From positions 832,001 through 896,000 of the forward strand of contig CBDHHL010000056.1 of assembly GCA_965263355.1 (NCBI GenBank): 64,000 nt of DNA, given 5' to 3'. The stretch comes from Leptolyngbyaceae cyanobacterium. Lineage in GTDB: Bacteria > Cyanobacteriota > Cyanobacteriia > Phormidesmidales > Phormidesmidaceae. Both the position numbers and the translations under genes were made by a program. The notes beneath the pieces were generated by a model that was not told where the DNA came from, searched no databases, and was given only the letters and a program-made list of their open reading frames with translations. Every line of letters starts with the position of its first letter. Position 1 is the first letter of the stretch. Below are positions 31,353-41,363 of this stretch, one piece after another.

Positions 31353-33004
31353 TCCACTTCACCTCCCAGGTTATCGATGAGATAGGGCTCAATCAAGTCG
31401 ACAATGGCTTCATCATCTAGATCGTCTACAAATGCCAAGATTTTATTCGCAAAGGCTCTATGCTGAGATAGCAACTGCTCTGCAATGGCTTTGGCGTCTA
31501 AGATATAGCCTGATACAGCGACGTCATATAGCTTTTTGAGTATCGATAGTGATGGTAGTGCATTTTTTTCTGAGAACTCAACAGTCATGCCCTTGTCGTT
31601 ATCGAAGCATTCGGTTGGCTCGTGTATCCAGGTCAGATGTAGATATTGCTGCACATAGTCTAATAAATCGTCTATTTGGATTGGTTTTGGGAGGAAGTCG
31701 TCACAACCCGCTGCGTAACTTTGTTGTCGATCAAAATCAAAGACACTGGCAGAAGAGGCAATAATTGGTATTGCTTTACTTCTATAAGCGTCTCTCAGCT
31801 GTTGAACCATCTCAAATCCATTCATCACCGGCATGACCAAATCTGTAATGATTAAATCTGGCAAATGAATAGCAACTTGCTCTAAACCAGCTTTTCCATG
31901 CTCGGCTTCTGTAATTTCAAATCCTAAAGGACCGAGCAGATTTGTTAAGACAGCTCTATTTTCCCAGCGGTCGTCAACGATTAGAATAGTTTTGCGATCG
32001 CCTTGATAGCCAACAATGGTATCCATAACTGACGATTGGAGCTGAGAGGGTGCCCAATCGTCAGCTATATCCAAGGTCAGATCAAACCAGAATTTACTGC
32101 CCTGTCCATAGGTACTTTGAACCTGTAGCTCGCCCCCCATCAGCTCTACAATTTGGCGACTAATGGCTAACCCCAAGCCTGTGCCCTGGGCTTTGTGCTT
32201 AGCGCTACCTACTTGTTCAAACGGTAGAAAGATTTTCTTTAAATGTGCCTGGGTCATGCCAATGCCTGTATCTTCTACCTGAAACCGTAAACAGGTTTTG
32301 CCAGGGTTACATAGATTGCTGCCGTTGGATACCTCATCTGGCCCTAAGGTACCCACCTTTAAGACAACGTGGCCCTGGTCTGTAAATTTAATAGCATTGC
32401 CTAATAAGTTAATTAGCACCTGCCCTAGACGCTTTTCATCAGCGTTAATGGCTGTTGGTAGCTGGTTTAATAGTTCATAGCGAACATCGAGATCCTTTTG
32501 CTCAGCCTTGAGCCGACAAATCTCTTTTATACCATACAGAAAATCGTTGAGACCTAAGGGCTGAGGATGGAGTTCTAGCTTGCGGGCTTCAATTTTAGAA
32601 AGATCTAAAATATCATTAATTAAAGTCAGCAGATGCTGGGCGCATTGTTGTACAACGGCTAGGCCGCTTTTTTGTTTTTGGCTTGCCTGTCTATCCCGTT
32701 GCAGAATTTGAGTGTATCCCAGAATTCCGTTGAGGGGAGTCCGCAGCTCATGGCTCATATTGGCCAAAAATTCGCTCTTAGCCTGATTGGCTTTATCAGC
32801 AACTTCTTTGGCAGCTTCCAGGTCTACTTTCGCGGTTTCCACTTCATGTAGAAGTTGCTTGAGCATTAGTTCGCGCCGTTGACTGAGGGTTTCTAACTCG
32901 ACCCTCGAGGCCTCTGAACGGGCCAATTTCTTTTCTAAGATGCGGTTACTTCGTTTTAGCTCAGCAACTTGTTGGCTTAAATCGTTTTGGGGTTGCGCCT
33001 CCAT
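31349..33004 (-). CDS. Hybrid histidine kinase (coiled coil-HisKA-HATPase-receiver) with no sensor domain
   Basis: [36 protein letters not shown], receiver DLVMP. Confidence 0.93.
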   Translation of the reverse strand: MEAQPQNDLSQQVAELKRSNRILEKKLARSEASRVELETLSQRRELMLKQLLHEVETAKVDLEAAKEVADKANQAKSEFLANMSHELRTPLNGILGYTQILQRDRQASQKQKSGLAVVQQCAQHLLTLINDILDLSKIEARKLELHPQPLGLNDFLYGIKEICRLKAEQKDLDVRYELLNQLPTAINADEKRLGQVLINLLGNAIKFTDQGHVVLKVGTLGPDEVSNGSNLCNPGKTCLRFQVEDTGIGMTQAHLKKIFLPFEQVGSAKHKAQGTGLGLAISRQIVELMGGELQVQSTYGQGSKFWFDLTLDIADDWAPSQLQSSVMDTIVGYQGDRKTILIVDDRWENRAVLTNLLGPLGFEITEAEHGKAGLEQVAIHLPDLIITDLVMPVMNGFEMVQQLRDAYRSKAIPIIASSASVFDFDRQQSYAAGCDDFLPKPIQIDDLLDYVQQYLHLTWIHEPTECFDNDKGMTVEFSEKNALPSLSILKKLYDVAVSGYILDAKAIAEQLLSQHRAFANKILAFVDDLDDEAIVDLIEPYLIDNLGGEVE

Positions 33005-33040
33005 AATCGAATTGCAATGTAAAAAAAGATACTTAAACCC

Positions 33041-34195
33041 CTAGCATGTTCCCAGAAGAACGGTGGTGAAGGTTTCGTTGTGGAAAAACGATCGTCCGGT
33101 CGAATTTAGGGGGCAAATTTCTCCGTAGGCATGAAAACCTAGGTTGGGGAGTTTACCTAAAACCGATTGGGCAATGGCATGTTCCTCACGGGTACGAGTG
33201 CCCAGGGATTTCATCCGGGCGGCACAAGAAACAATCAGGGCAGCGCTGGGTTGATTTCCCTGGTAGGATGCCTGGGCTTTTTTCAGGGCTTGGGACGCTG
33301 CTTCAAGCAGGTCTTCTGTATTCGATTCAGTAAGCTGAATTTGGGCCTGCTCAGGAATTTGACCAAAGTAGTCCATACTGCCGGAGGCCTCATCCTGACT
33401 ATTGGGTCCCCGCACATAAAAGTTGTCTTCCCCTGGTTCAAAAACCGCTAAAGAGCCCCCCCAGGCCCCGCCCACATCATCGATTGAGGTGTCCCCAAAA
33501 TATTGGGTATAAAAATGCTTGATCGATTGGTTATCAACAGTATGCACTGTATTCCCTTGGGCTTTGGTAACCGTTCCCCTGTTACCAATGGGATGCAGCC
33601 CTGTGGCGACACCGCACGATACGATCAGATTACCGGAAAAGACTAGGGTCGTTACCGCATCACTCAGGACCTGCTCGCCAAAGAATTGATAGGTTTGCTG
33701 AAATTTCCAGCCATCTCCTGCCATTCCCCCAAAAATTGGTACATGACTCCCCAAGGCAGTTTGGAGGCCATTGACAATCGCTACGCCATCCACCCCCAGA
33801 CCTTCGCTTACGGTGTAACAAAGTTTGGCGTCTGCTCCATTTAAGTCGGGAATTGCTTGTTGTGTAGCTGCGATCGCATCCTTTGAAACCTCAAGTCCCA
33901 CCCCAGCTCGAATCTCAACCTCGTCCGAGGCAAAGAGCATCAGACTAAGGGAATCTTCTTGAAAGTCCATCATGGATGACATTTCACCTACGGTTGTTCC
34001 CCCAATCAGCGCGATGCCTGGAAACGTTGCCTGAATCTGCTGCAAAATTAAGCCATGATCAAAATCCAGGGCGCTCAGCAGAATGCCAGCCTGGGGTATC
34101 ACATCGGCCAGCTGCTGTCGGCATTGGCTGATGACTTCATCAATGGCCATTTTGGAGTCTGGATCAATGCTGTGGCCAACCACTACTTTAAACAT
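33041..34195 (-). CDS. FIST N/C domain protein (NosP-like sensor)
   Basis: IGGTTVGE, PIFGGMAGD, SCAAR, GFHAYGEI, FHNET. Confidence 0.9.
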   Translation of the reverse strand: MFKVVVGHSIDPDSKMAIDEVISQCRQQLADVIPQAGILLSALDFDHGLILQQIQATFPGIALIGGTTVGEMSSMMDFQEDSLSLMLFASDEVEIRAGVGLEVSKDAIAATQQAIPDLNGADAKLCYTVSEGLGVDGVAIVNGLQTALGSHVPIFGGMAGDGWKFQQTYQFFGEQVLSDAVTTLVFSGNLIVSCGVATGLHPIGNRGTVTKAQGNTVHTVDNQSIKHFYTQYFGDTSIDDVGGAWGGSLAVFEPGEDNFYVRGPNSQDEASGSMDYFGQIPEQAQIQLTESNTEDLLEAASQALKKAQASYQGNQPSAALIVSCAARMKSLGTRTREEHAIAQSVLGKLPNLGFHAYGEICPLNSTGRSFFHNETFTTVLLGTC

Positions 34196-34309
34196 AAAAG
34201 GCGTGATAACTGAGGAAAACTACCTTGGGGAACTAAAATGAAGCGCACCAATCAATCAAATCTGATTAGTTTGGGTTAATTTGGGATAGATGCCAAATGA
34301 CATGGGCTC

Positions 34310-34318
34310 AGTATGCCC
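34310..34318 (-). promoter_or_regulatory. Candidate J-box-like element GGGCATACT upstream of the FIST operon
   Basis: Identical 9-mer to the one upstream of pilH; ~115 nt upstream of the ATG, correct strand. Confidence 0.45.
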
Positions 34319-34578
34319 ATCGTTAAGCTGTGTAGAATTAGCCTGGTCTAAGTTTAGCTAATTCCTGATAGTCAGCAATTAAGTCTTACTAGTGATCCCC
34401 ATAGGATCAGTAATTCAATCATGGGCCAATTGCTCCCCTCTCGCCCCCTCTCGGAAAGTGGGCTGTTGCTCGGGTGAGGTGGGGGTTATGGCGGAGACAG
34501 TTATAGTTGTTTCGCGCTGTTGTTATGGATAAGTTGGAAAAGATAATTTAGGGGTATGGCTGTTTAAAAGCCCTTCTG

Positions 34579-35136
34579 TTACTTGACTATTTTTTGGGTA
34601 AAGTACCGTTTAGAGTGGCGGCTTACCATAAGCCATATCCCCGGAAGACCTTGTAGGGCCAAAATCAGTAACTCCCAGAGAACGTTTCTGGCTAGCTGGG
34701 CATAGCTGTTGTAACCGCAGAAAATGGCAACATTACTCCAAGCATTCTCTGGTCGCCAACAGTCATAGGGCGGCGTATGTAAACCTTTGCCAGGTTCCAT
34801 CGCTCGAAATATGAGCTGTATATAGTGCATATGATCGATGCTGATTATCGCCCCAGCAATCATCAGGATACCGATTAGCCATCGAGCGTAGGGGAGTCCT
34901 TTCTCAAGACCATAGAACAGCCAGAGCCAGAGGGTCAGTAAAATAAAGCTCAGCAAACATTGGGGGATAAATGACTGTAACCAACAGTTGTCAATTAAGT
35001 CGGTAACAGCACAAACCCGATAGCTCACCCCCATGGAAACGAGTGTCCCAAGACACAGCAATAACAGATAAAACTGGAGCAGCCATACCAGTAAAGGCCG
35101 CTCAGATTCGTTGGTAGGGGTATTGCCGGTTGACAT
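34579..35136 (-). CDS. Hypothetical membrane protein (~4 TM)
   Basis: Four hydrophobic segments; family not recognised. Confidence 0.7.
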   Translation of the reverse strand: MSTGNTPTNESERPLLVWLLQFYLLLLCLGTLVSMGVSYRVCAVTDLIDNCWLQSFIPQCLLSFILLTLWLWLFYGLEKGLPYARWLIGILMIAGAIISIDHMHYIQLIFRAMEPGKGLHTPPYDCWRPENAWSNVAIFCGYNSYAQLARNVLWELLILALQGLPGIWLMVSRHSKRYFTQKIVK

Positions 35137-35189
35137 GATTAAACCTGGCTGATGTGATTAATGATGCGATGCTCCCCCCATTTGCTTCA

Positions 35190-35253
35190 GCCTAGAACCC
35201 CGATTTTTCGGCCTAGAACCCCGGTTTTTCAAAAAAACCGGGGTTCTAGGCCG
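35190..35253. repeat. Palindromic AGAACCCCGGTTTTT-type element with a duplicated arm, overlapping the Rieske gene stop
   Basis: 21 bp stem 35209-35229/35233-35253 plus a near-identical direct copy of the left arm at 35190-35209. Confidence 0.85.
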
Positions 35254-36295
35254 TATAAATTTTGCTCAAACCTAGTTTGGCTAATCCTTTACGGTAGGCG
35301 ATAGATGTTTTATCTGCCTCAATGTGGCATTCGGTCCGTAGATCGAGGGGCAGGTCCTCGGGGTACTGAGCCTCGACGATTTCCTGATCTTCAGTAAAAA
35401 TTTGCCGGTTAAACTCATAGACCGGTTCCAGGGGCTGATCTTGATCAAAATTACGACATAGGGGCGAAAACAAGCGTGTTTTACGGGCCGAAATGGGAGA
35501 CGGTGCATTCAAGATGCATAGCCGCCCCCCTTTGGGAAAATGTACCCGTAGAATAGCGGCAAAGGGTAAAAATACATCGAAGACCCGCAGCCATTGAAAA
35601 TCTGCCGGGGCTCGATGCTGGAGTGCCTTGGGAAAGTTACTCACGGTACTGAAATATTCTGCCCTCAGACCATGGGATGTGGGTGTGACTTTATAAGGGG
35701 GGACCTCTGGATTATCACGGCTGGCAAAGGCTTTGTGGTGCACCCAGGCAAAGTGGGCCACATCGAGAAAGCCTTCCATTTGCCGACCGACGGCAGCGTT
35801 AATATCCAGGCTATCGGGCAAAATTGGCTGATAATCAGGACTATCCCATTCCGGTAGCTGGGGTAAGTTAGCATCACTACCATCCCCAGTCAGTGTGGTC
35901 CACACTAGACCATAGGCTTCTCGCACGGGATAGGTTTTGAGACAGAGTCGGGCTGGAATGCTGGCCTGGGAATTAGCTGGGATCAAGGTGCAGGCTCCGC
36001 TAGCATCGTAGTGAAAGCCATGATACTTACAGATCAGCTGATCGTTTTCAATATGCCCCATGCTCATGGGGACACCGCGATGGAGGCAGAGGTCGTTGGC
36101 AACGGAAACGCCCTGGCTGGTGCGCCAAATAACGAGACGCTGGTCTAATAGAGTAGCGGCGACGGGACTGTCGGTGACATTGTGGCTGAAGGCGACGGGA
36201 AACCAGAAGGGTGCGATCGCATCCCAATCTCCATTGAAAAATGTACAACCACGCGGGTAGTGCCCCAACGATTTATTCACCTCAATTGCCCCCAT
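35246..36295 (-). CDS. Rieske non-heme iron oxygenase alpha subunit (VanA-like demethylase/hydroxylase)
   Basis: CLHRG...CKYHG Rieske motif; EGFLDVAHFAWVH iron site; IFTEDQEIVE. Confidence 0.92.
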   Translation of the reverse strand: MGAIEVNKSLGHYPRGCTFFNGDWDAIAPFWFPVAFSHNVTDSPVAATLLDQRLVIWRTSQGVSVANDLCLHRGVPMSMGHIENDQLICKYHGFHYDASGACTLIPANSQASIPARLCLKTYPVREAYGLVWTTLTGDGSDANLPQLPEWDSPDYQPILPDSLDINAAVGRQMEGFLDVAHFAWVHHKAFASRDNPEVPPYKVTPTSHGLRAEYFSTVSNFPKALQHRAPADFQWLRVFDVFLPFAAILRVHFPKGGRLCILNAPSPISARKTRLFSPLCRNFDQDQPLEPVYEFNRQIFTEDQEIVEAQYPEDLPLDLRTECHIEADKTSIAYRKGLAKLGLSKIYTA

Positions 36296-36638
36296 CGTTA
36301 TCTCAATCCGCTAAAAATTCTATCTTTAGAGAAATCCTCTGACTGTTATAGTGACTAACTGAAACTGTTCCTTCTGTGACCGTTTTGACGATTGCATACC
36401 ACTATTTAGGCGTATCCTTGCCCAAATTATTAACTATCTATATTGGATTTGGCATTGGATTCGCTGTCCGGCCCCATAGACTAAAACTGCAGTACAATCC
36501 CTTTAGTCTTTCAATTGAATGCATAAGCTAAACGTATCGTTGCATATGGTTACATTTCTTAAGAAAAGGTCCATAATATAGCTGACCACTTACTCAGGTT
36601 TCGGCTTTAAAGCTATCGAAATCGCTCACTGAACAGGA

Positions 36639-37394
36639 ATGACATCCTTCGTGCTAGGCAATTTACCATTTCCAGGACAGGGCGGTGACCAGGTAGTCAG
36701 CAAGGCGGTGAGTACCGCCATTGCAGCTCTGTTTAAGCGTACGGGTAAGCTGGAAGCGACCGTACGGGCTGAACCTGTCGCCAAGTTGCTTCAGGGAAGC
36801 GTTGACGGCTTTGATTTTGTCGGTCATGGCATGCTGATGTATAACGGCTTGCGCATAAAAGCAATAGAGCTGTTTGTGCAGGCTGTGTCGATTGACTTTG
36901 GAGCTATATTTAAGGGTCAGGTGCGGATTAAGCAGCCCACCCAGGCATCCATGCGTGTGGTGCTGACCGAAGAAGATTTGACCACGTCATTCAATACGCC
37001 ATTTGTGGTGGATAAGCTACAGCGTATGGAATTTGAGGGTCAACCCCTCCATTTCAGCAATACTGAAATGATATTAAACGATGACAAATCCATTAGTCTG
37101 ACTAGTCAGGTCCGGGTTGGCAGTACCTCTGCCATGCCTCAGTTTATAAATATTACGGCCAATGTTGAGGTGCATGAACGTACTAAGATTGCCTTTGTAG
37201 ATGCGACCTGCATTGGTATGGATAAGGATATTGCTTTAGGTAAGGCAATTGTTGACCATGTCAATGCCTTAATGGACTTAGATTCCTTTGCGCTAGACGG
37301 AACTCGGCTACGGATTGATAAAGTACGGATGCGTAATAAGGAATTGATTTTTTATGGCGTTGCCCATATTAATCAGTTTCCTCAAAAGAATTAG
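36639..37394 (+). CDS. DUF2993 / LmeA-like protein
   Basis: KLLQGSVDGF...SIDFGAIFKGQV...LTEEDL. Confidence 0.75.
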   Translation: MTSFVLGNLPFPGQGGDQVVSKAVSTAIAALFKRTGKLEATVRAEPVAKLLQGSVDGFDFVGHGMLMYNGLRIKAIELFVQAVSIDFGAIFKGQVRIKQPTQASMRVVLTEEDLTTSFNTPFVVDKLQRMEFEGQPLHFSNTEMILNDDKSISLTSQVRVGSTSAMPQFINITANVEVHERTKIAFVDATCIGMDKDIALGKAIVDHVNALMDLDSFALDGTRLRIDKVRMRNKELIFYGVAHINQFPQKN

Positions 37395-37504
37395 TCCTAC
37401 GGCTAGTGCAGCGTCAATCCTGAAAATTAGGATGTAGTATACGGTCGCATCCTTTCTGGCCTGGTTTTGGCCCAGTCCTGCTAATTAAAGGGGCTAACTG
37501 ACCC

Positions 37505-38035
37505 ATGGAAAAGGTGGCTGTATTTGGTAACGCGGGGGGTGGTAAGTCCACCCTCAGTCAACGATTGGCAGAAATGACGGGCTTGCCTTGGGTGCCGCTG
37601 GATCGGATGAAATATAAGCCCGGTGGCGCTGAAGTGCCCCATGGGGAGTTCAAGGCGGCTCACGATGAACTCTTACAGCAAGACCAGTGGATTGTGGATG
37701 GCTTTGGGTCCCTGGATACCGTGTGGGATCGGCTAAGTGTGGCCGATACGCTGGTGTATTTGGATATGTCGGTACTGCTTCATTATTGGTGGGTGACCAA
37801 GCGCTTTTTCAAAGGAGCACCCCCTGCAGGTTGGCCAGATCAAAGTCCTCTTCTACAAGGGACTTTAAACGCGTACCGCATAGTCTGGCTATGCCACACA
37901 AAACTCACACCCAGGTATCGGGAGTATGTGGAACGGGCTAGGGTAAATAAACGGGTGTATCATTTGCGATCGCCCCAAGCCATAATGCATTTTCTCAACA
38001 CCGTCGCAGCAGACTATGCAGATAAACGCCCATGA
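37505..38035 (+). CDS. Adenylate-kinase-like P-loop protein (FlaR/topology modulation family)
   Basis: GNAGGGKSTL, WIVDG, ADTLVYLD. Confidence 0.85.
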   Translation: MEKVAVFGNAGGGKSTLSQRLAEMTGLPWVPLDRMKYKPGGAEVPHGEFKAAHDELLQQDQWIVDGFGSLDTVWDRLSVADTLVYLDMSVLLHYWWVTKRFFKGAPPAGWPDQSPLLQGTLNAYRIVWLCHTKLTPRYREYVERARVNKRVYHLRSPQAIMHFLNTVAADYADKRP

Positions 38036-38397
38036 ACCTTGACATCGATTTATCTATGACAAAACGCCCAACCAATAGCTATGACCAGTACCACGCCCAC
38101 GTTTATTTCGATGGAAACTCCGTCGAAAAAGCCTCTGCTCTATGTCAGAAGGCTGGAGAACTGTTTGGGGTAAAGGTGGGGCGGTTACATCTAAAACCGG
38201 TTGGGCCACACCCTTGTCGGAGTTGCCAACTGGCATTTGATAACACTCAATTTGATCAACTGATCCCCTGGTTGGATAGCAACCGAGATGGTTTGACAGT
38301 GCTTGTCCATGGGCTAACGGGAAGCGATCTTGCCGATCATACTGACCATGCGTCCTGGCTGGGAGATCCTGTACCGCTAAATCTCTTGATTTTTTAG
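38032..38397 (+). CDS. DOPA 4,5-dioxygenase family protein
   Basis: YHAHVYFD, VGPHP, LTVLVH, DHTDHASWLG. Confidence 0.9.
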   Translation: MNLDIDLSMTKRPTNSYDQYHAHVYFDGNSVEKASALCQKAGELFGVKVGRLHLKPVGPHPCRSCQLAFDNTQFDQLIPWLDSNRDGLTVLVHGLTGSDLADHTDHASWLGDPVPLNLLIF

Positions 38398-38400
38398 TGA

Positions 38401-40170
38401 TTAGAACGAGAACTGGGTCTGCAAATTGAAGATGTGGATATCGGGATTATTACCAAAGTTGTTGGCATTGCGAATCCAATAGTAGGACGGAACAATGGCA
38501 AAGTTGGATGTGAGAGGGTAGCGATAGGACACCTCCAGTTCTTCTTGAACAGAACCATCGCCACCGCCAGAAATTAGAAAATCGCGTCCATCAGTCACAT
38601 CAAAGGGTCTTAGGTAGGAAATTGTTGCCAGGGAGCCTGTTTTAAGCAAGTCATGAAACGCTAATCCTAGCTGAAGAGATTGGGCATTGACTTCTCCATC
38701 AGGGAGTCCAGGGGTAATCACCTGTAAATCAGTACTACCGTAACTATAGCGACCAAATAGCCCCAACCAGTTTAGCGGCTGCCAATCAAAATTAAACATG
38801 AGAGTATCGGCAGTGGCACCCTCTAGCGGCCCACCAAATCCGTCATCCGCAAAGCCATAGAGGGGTTCACTAATAGCTCCACCAACAAACCCATTACCAT
38901 TAGCCTCTAACTCAGTCCGGTTGTAGAGAAACCGAAGGGTTAAATCATCGGTTGGATAAACTTCAACTTGAGCTGTCAGTGTGTTAGTTCCGTCGAACAG
39001 TCCTCGTGATGAATCACTGGATGAGTTTGATGGATTTGTAATAAACTCAGTAGCCTCTGCTAAATAGCCCAAAGTAAATTCAACCTTGTCAATCACATCC
39101 CATTCAACGACTACACCAGCCCCTCGATCCACCGCGTTTACCTGGGTCCCCCCGTTGGAGTTAAAGCTATTGGCACCAGTTACTAGGAATGTGTACTTGT
39201 TATAGTCAAAGTGTCGATACCAGTTGATTTTAGGACCCACCGTGATAAAAAACTTTTCCCCAGCAGGAAAGGAATAAAATGCTTCCCGAAGAATGACATT
39301 ATCTTCAGAACTTCCCCCTTGCTGGGCCGTAAACGGTGTGCCAAAGGTATTAAACAAACCAGCAGAGGCAAAATCATTCGCTGGGGCAACACCGTCACCC
39401 ACTGCCAGCTGCAGGATCAAGCTATCCTCACCGGTAAAGGAGGTCAATAAATTTAGCCAGGTTAAATAGCTAAAAGTGACCTCGGGATTGTCGGTAATGG
39501 TGCGAATTACTGGGTCGCCAGCCGTATCTCGATCTGGAGAAAACACGTTGATGCCTTCTGCCTGCACATCTCCACCAGCCGTGATCCCAGTTAAATGGGT
39601 AAACACTCGACCGCTGAGTTTTGTTGTTGTAGAGAATTGAGTATCCTGTAGCATCATCACATCCGCTTCCAGGTTGTCGACTTGAGCGCGAATGGAGGCT
39701 AGCTCAGCAGCAAAGTCTTCCTGTAAACGCTGAATGGTTTCTAAATCAGGGCTGTCGGGTAACAACGCCACAATGACATCCAAGCAGGCATTCAATCCAG
39801 CGGCAAACTCGTAGCGAGTCATGGCTTGATTCCCGCCAAAGGTGCTGTCTGGATAGCCTTCAAGGCAGCCATATTCTTCCACAAGAAGAGTCAGGGCAGT
39901 GTAGGCCCAATCTGTCGGTAGAACATCATCCAGTTCGCTTACGCTAGTAACTTGTGAGATTTCGACACCAGATGATTTCAACTCATTAGAGTCTACATTA
40001 GCAACAACGCTCGTCTGTTGGCTCTCACTAACAATGGATTCATCTACAATCGATTCACTCGCAAATACATTTCCCGCTAGAGTCCCAACCCAAATCCCTG
40101 TTGTCAACAATACGTTGGAGAAAAATGAGTCCGTTAATGAAACTTGTACACTTACCGCCCCTAAAAACAT
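38401..40170 (-). CDS. Cyanobacterial porin (SLH + OprB; iron-uptake porin/SomA family)
   Basis: QVTSVSELDDV.PTDWAY, GYPD, TRYEFAAGLNACLD, QFSTTTKLSG, terminal Phe. Confidence 0.93.
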   Translation of the reverse strand: MFLGAVSVQVSLTDSFFSNVLLTTGIWVGTLAGNVFASESIVDESIVSESQQTSVVANVDSNELKSSGVEISQVTSVSELDDVLPTDWAYTALTLLVEEYGCLEGYPDSTFGGNQAMTRYEFAAGLNACLDVIVALLPDSPDLETIQRLQEDFAAELASIRAQVDNLEADVMMLQDTQFSTTTKLSGRVFTHLTGITAGGDVQAEGINVFSPDRDTAGDPVIRTITDNPEVTFSYLTWLNLLTSFTGEDSLILQLAVGDGVAPANDFASAGLFNTFGTPFTAQQGGSSEDNVILREAFYSFPAGEKFFITVGPKINWYRHFDYNKYTFLVTGANSFNSNGGTQVNAVDRGAGVVVEWDVIDKVEFTLGYLAEATEFITNPSNSSSDSSRGLFDGTNTLTAQVEVYPTDDLTLRFLYNRTELEANGNGFVGGAISEPLYGFADDGFGGPLEGATADTLMFNFDWQPLNWLGLFGRYSYGSTDLQVITPGLPDGEVNAQSLQLGLAFHDLLKTGSLATISYLRPFDVTDGRDFLISGGGDGSVQEELEVSYRYPLTSNFAIVPSYYWIRNANNFGNNPDIHIFNLQTQFSF

Positions 40171-40214
40171 CTAGTCAATTCCTCAAAATGAGTCCGTTAA
40201 TGAAACCTGTACAC
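40122..40214. repeat. 30 bp direct repeat (2 copies, 33 bp apart) straddling the porin start codon
   Basis: aaaatgagtccgttaatgaaac(t/c)tgtacac at 40122-40151 and 40185-40214. Confidence 0.9.
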
Positions 40215-40216
40215 CC

Positions 40217-40266
40217 CTTAGTGATGCAGAAAAGGCTTAAAAACCCTGCTACTGTGCATCACTAAG
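40217..40266. other. 12 bp inverted repeat stem-loop between pirin and porin
   Basis: cttagtgatgca ... tgcatcactaag. Confidence 0.6.
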
Positions 40267-40294
40267 CATCACTAACTCAAGCAGAAATCTAGAC

Positions 40295-41182
40295 TTAACT
40301 TTTAACAAGCGGTAAATCTTCAGGCAAAGGAATAAATTCTGTTTCCTCTGGAACCTGACTAAATTTCCAGTTAAGCCAGTCCTGTTTGGCTTGTTCAATA
40401 CGTTCGGGGCGACTGGAGACAAAATTCCACCACTTATATCGCGTGCCTAGCGGTTCCCCACCGATGACAATGCATCGCCCACCTGTACCAGCCGCAATCT
40501 CCACTGACTGTTGCGGTTCTAATGTGACTAGACGATGCTGTTCTAAGGGATTTCCATCAAGGGCAATTCCTGGAGTCACACTGTACACAGCCCTTTCTGT
40601 GTAAGGAGTTGTGAGCGTAAAGCTGTCGCCTTTGTGAAATTGCAGATCCAGATACAGGATAGGCGAAAAGGTTTTGACAGGGGAAACGCGATTGTAGGCT
40701 TCACCAGCAACCAAGGTAACGGTGACACCATTGCTCTCCCAAGTGGGAATATCCGTGGCGGGATGATGGTAAAAACTGGGGGCAGTTTCTTCCGATTCTT
40801 CAGGTAGCGCGACCCAGGTTTGAATTCCGTGTAGCCGAGACTCTACTGCACGGTCTGCGTCCGGAGAACGCTCTGAATGAGAAATCCCGTGTCCAGCGGT
40901 CATCCAGTTTACTTCGCCAGGACGAATTTCTTGCACTGTTCCTAGGCTATCTCGGTGGAGTAAGGCCCCCTCAAACAAATAGGTGACGGTGGCCAAATTG
41001 ATGTGGGGATGGGGACGCACATCAACACCTTTACCAGCAGGAAACACCGCTGGCCCTAGGTGATCAAAGAAGATAAAGGGGCCGACCATCACACGTTCGT
41101 CACTGGGGAGTAGACGTCGGGCTTCAAAACCGCCCAGATCTTGAACATGGGGCTTGATGGTTGTTTGCATAACAGTTCTCAT
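40295..41182 (-). CDS. Pirin family protein
   Basis: GPFIFFDH, PHPHINLATVTY, WMTAGHGISHSE, WWNFVSS. Confidence 0.95.
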   Translation of the reverse strand: MRTVMQTTIKPHVQDLGGFEARRLLPSDERVMVGPFIFFDHLGPAVFPAGKGVDVRPHPHINLATVTYLFEGALLHRDSLGTVQEIRPGEVNWMTAGHGISHSERSPDADRAVESRLHGIQTWVALPEESEETAPSFYHHPATDIPTWESNGVTVTLVAGEAYNRVSPVKTFSPILYLDLQFHKGDSFTLTTPYTERAVYSVTPGIALDGNPLEQHRLVTLEPQQSVEIAAGTGGRCIVIGGEPLGTRYKWWNFVSSRPERIEQAKQDWLNWKFSQVPEETEFIPLPEDLPLVKS

Positions 41183-41363
41183 TGATTCAATAATCGAGGC
41201 TTTTTACGATCGCTAACCGAAAGGGATCAGTGCTCAGCGAATCAAGATACAGAAACAATCTCCCATGACTGTCCACAGTCGCTGCCACAGGTGGTGCCAG
41301 GTTGTTTTTTGTAATACGTTCCAGATAAAAGCACTCATTTGGCATCTCCTATCAATGCATTAT

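Noticed and set aside
34435..34487. C-rich/G-rich degenerate inverted repeat
   Set aside because: Possibly a decayed cyanobacterial dispersed repeat, but the pairing is too poor to support a call
40122..40214. Repeat-spacer-repeat geometry (30/33/30 bp, containing ATGAAAC) as a mini CRISPR array
   Set aside because: Only two copies, no internal palindrome, no cas genes, and the spacer is the porin's own SD and start codon
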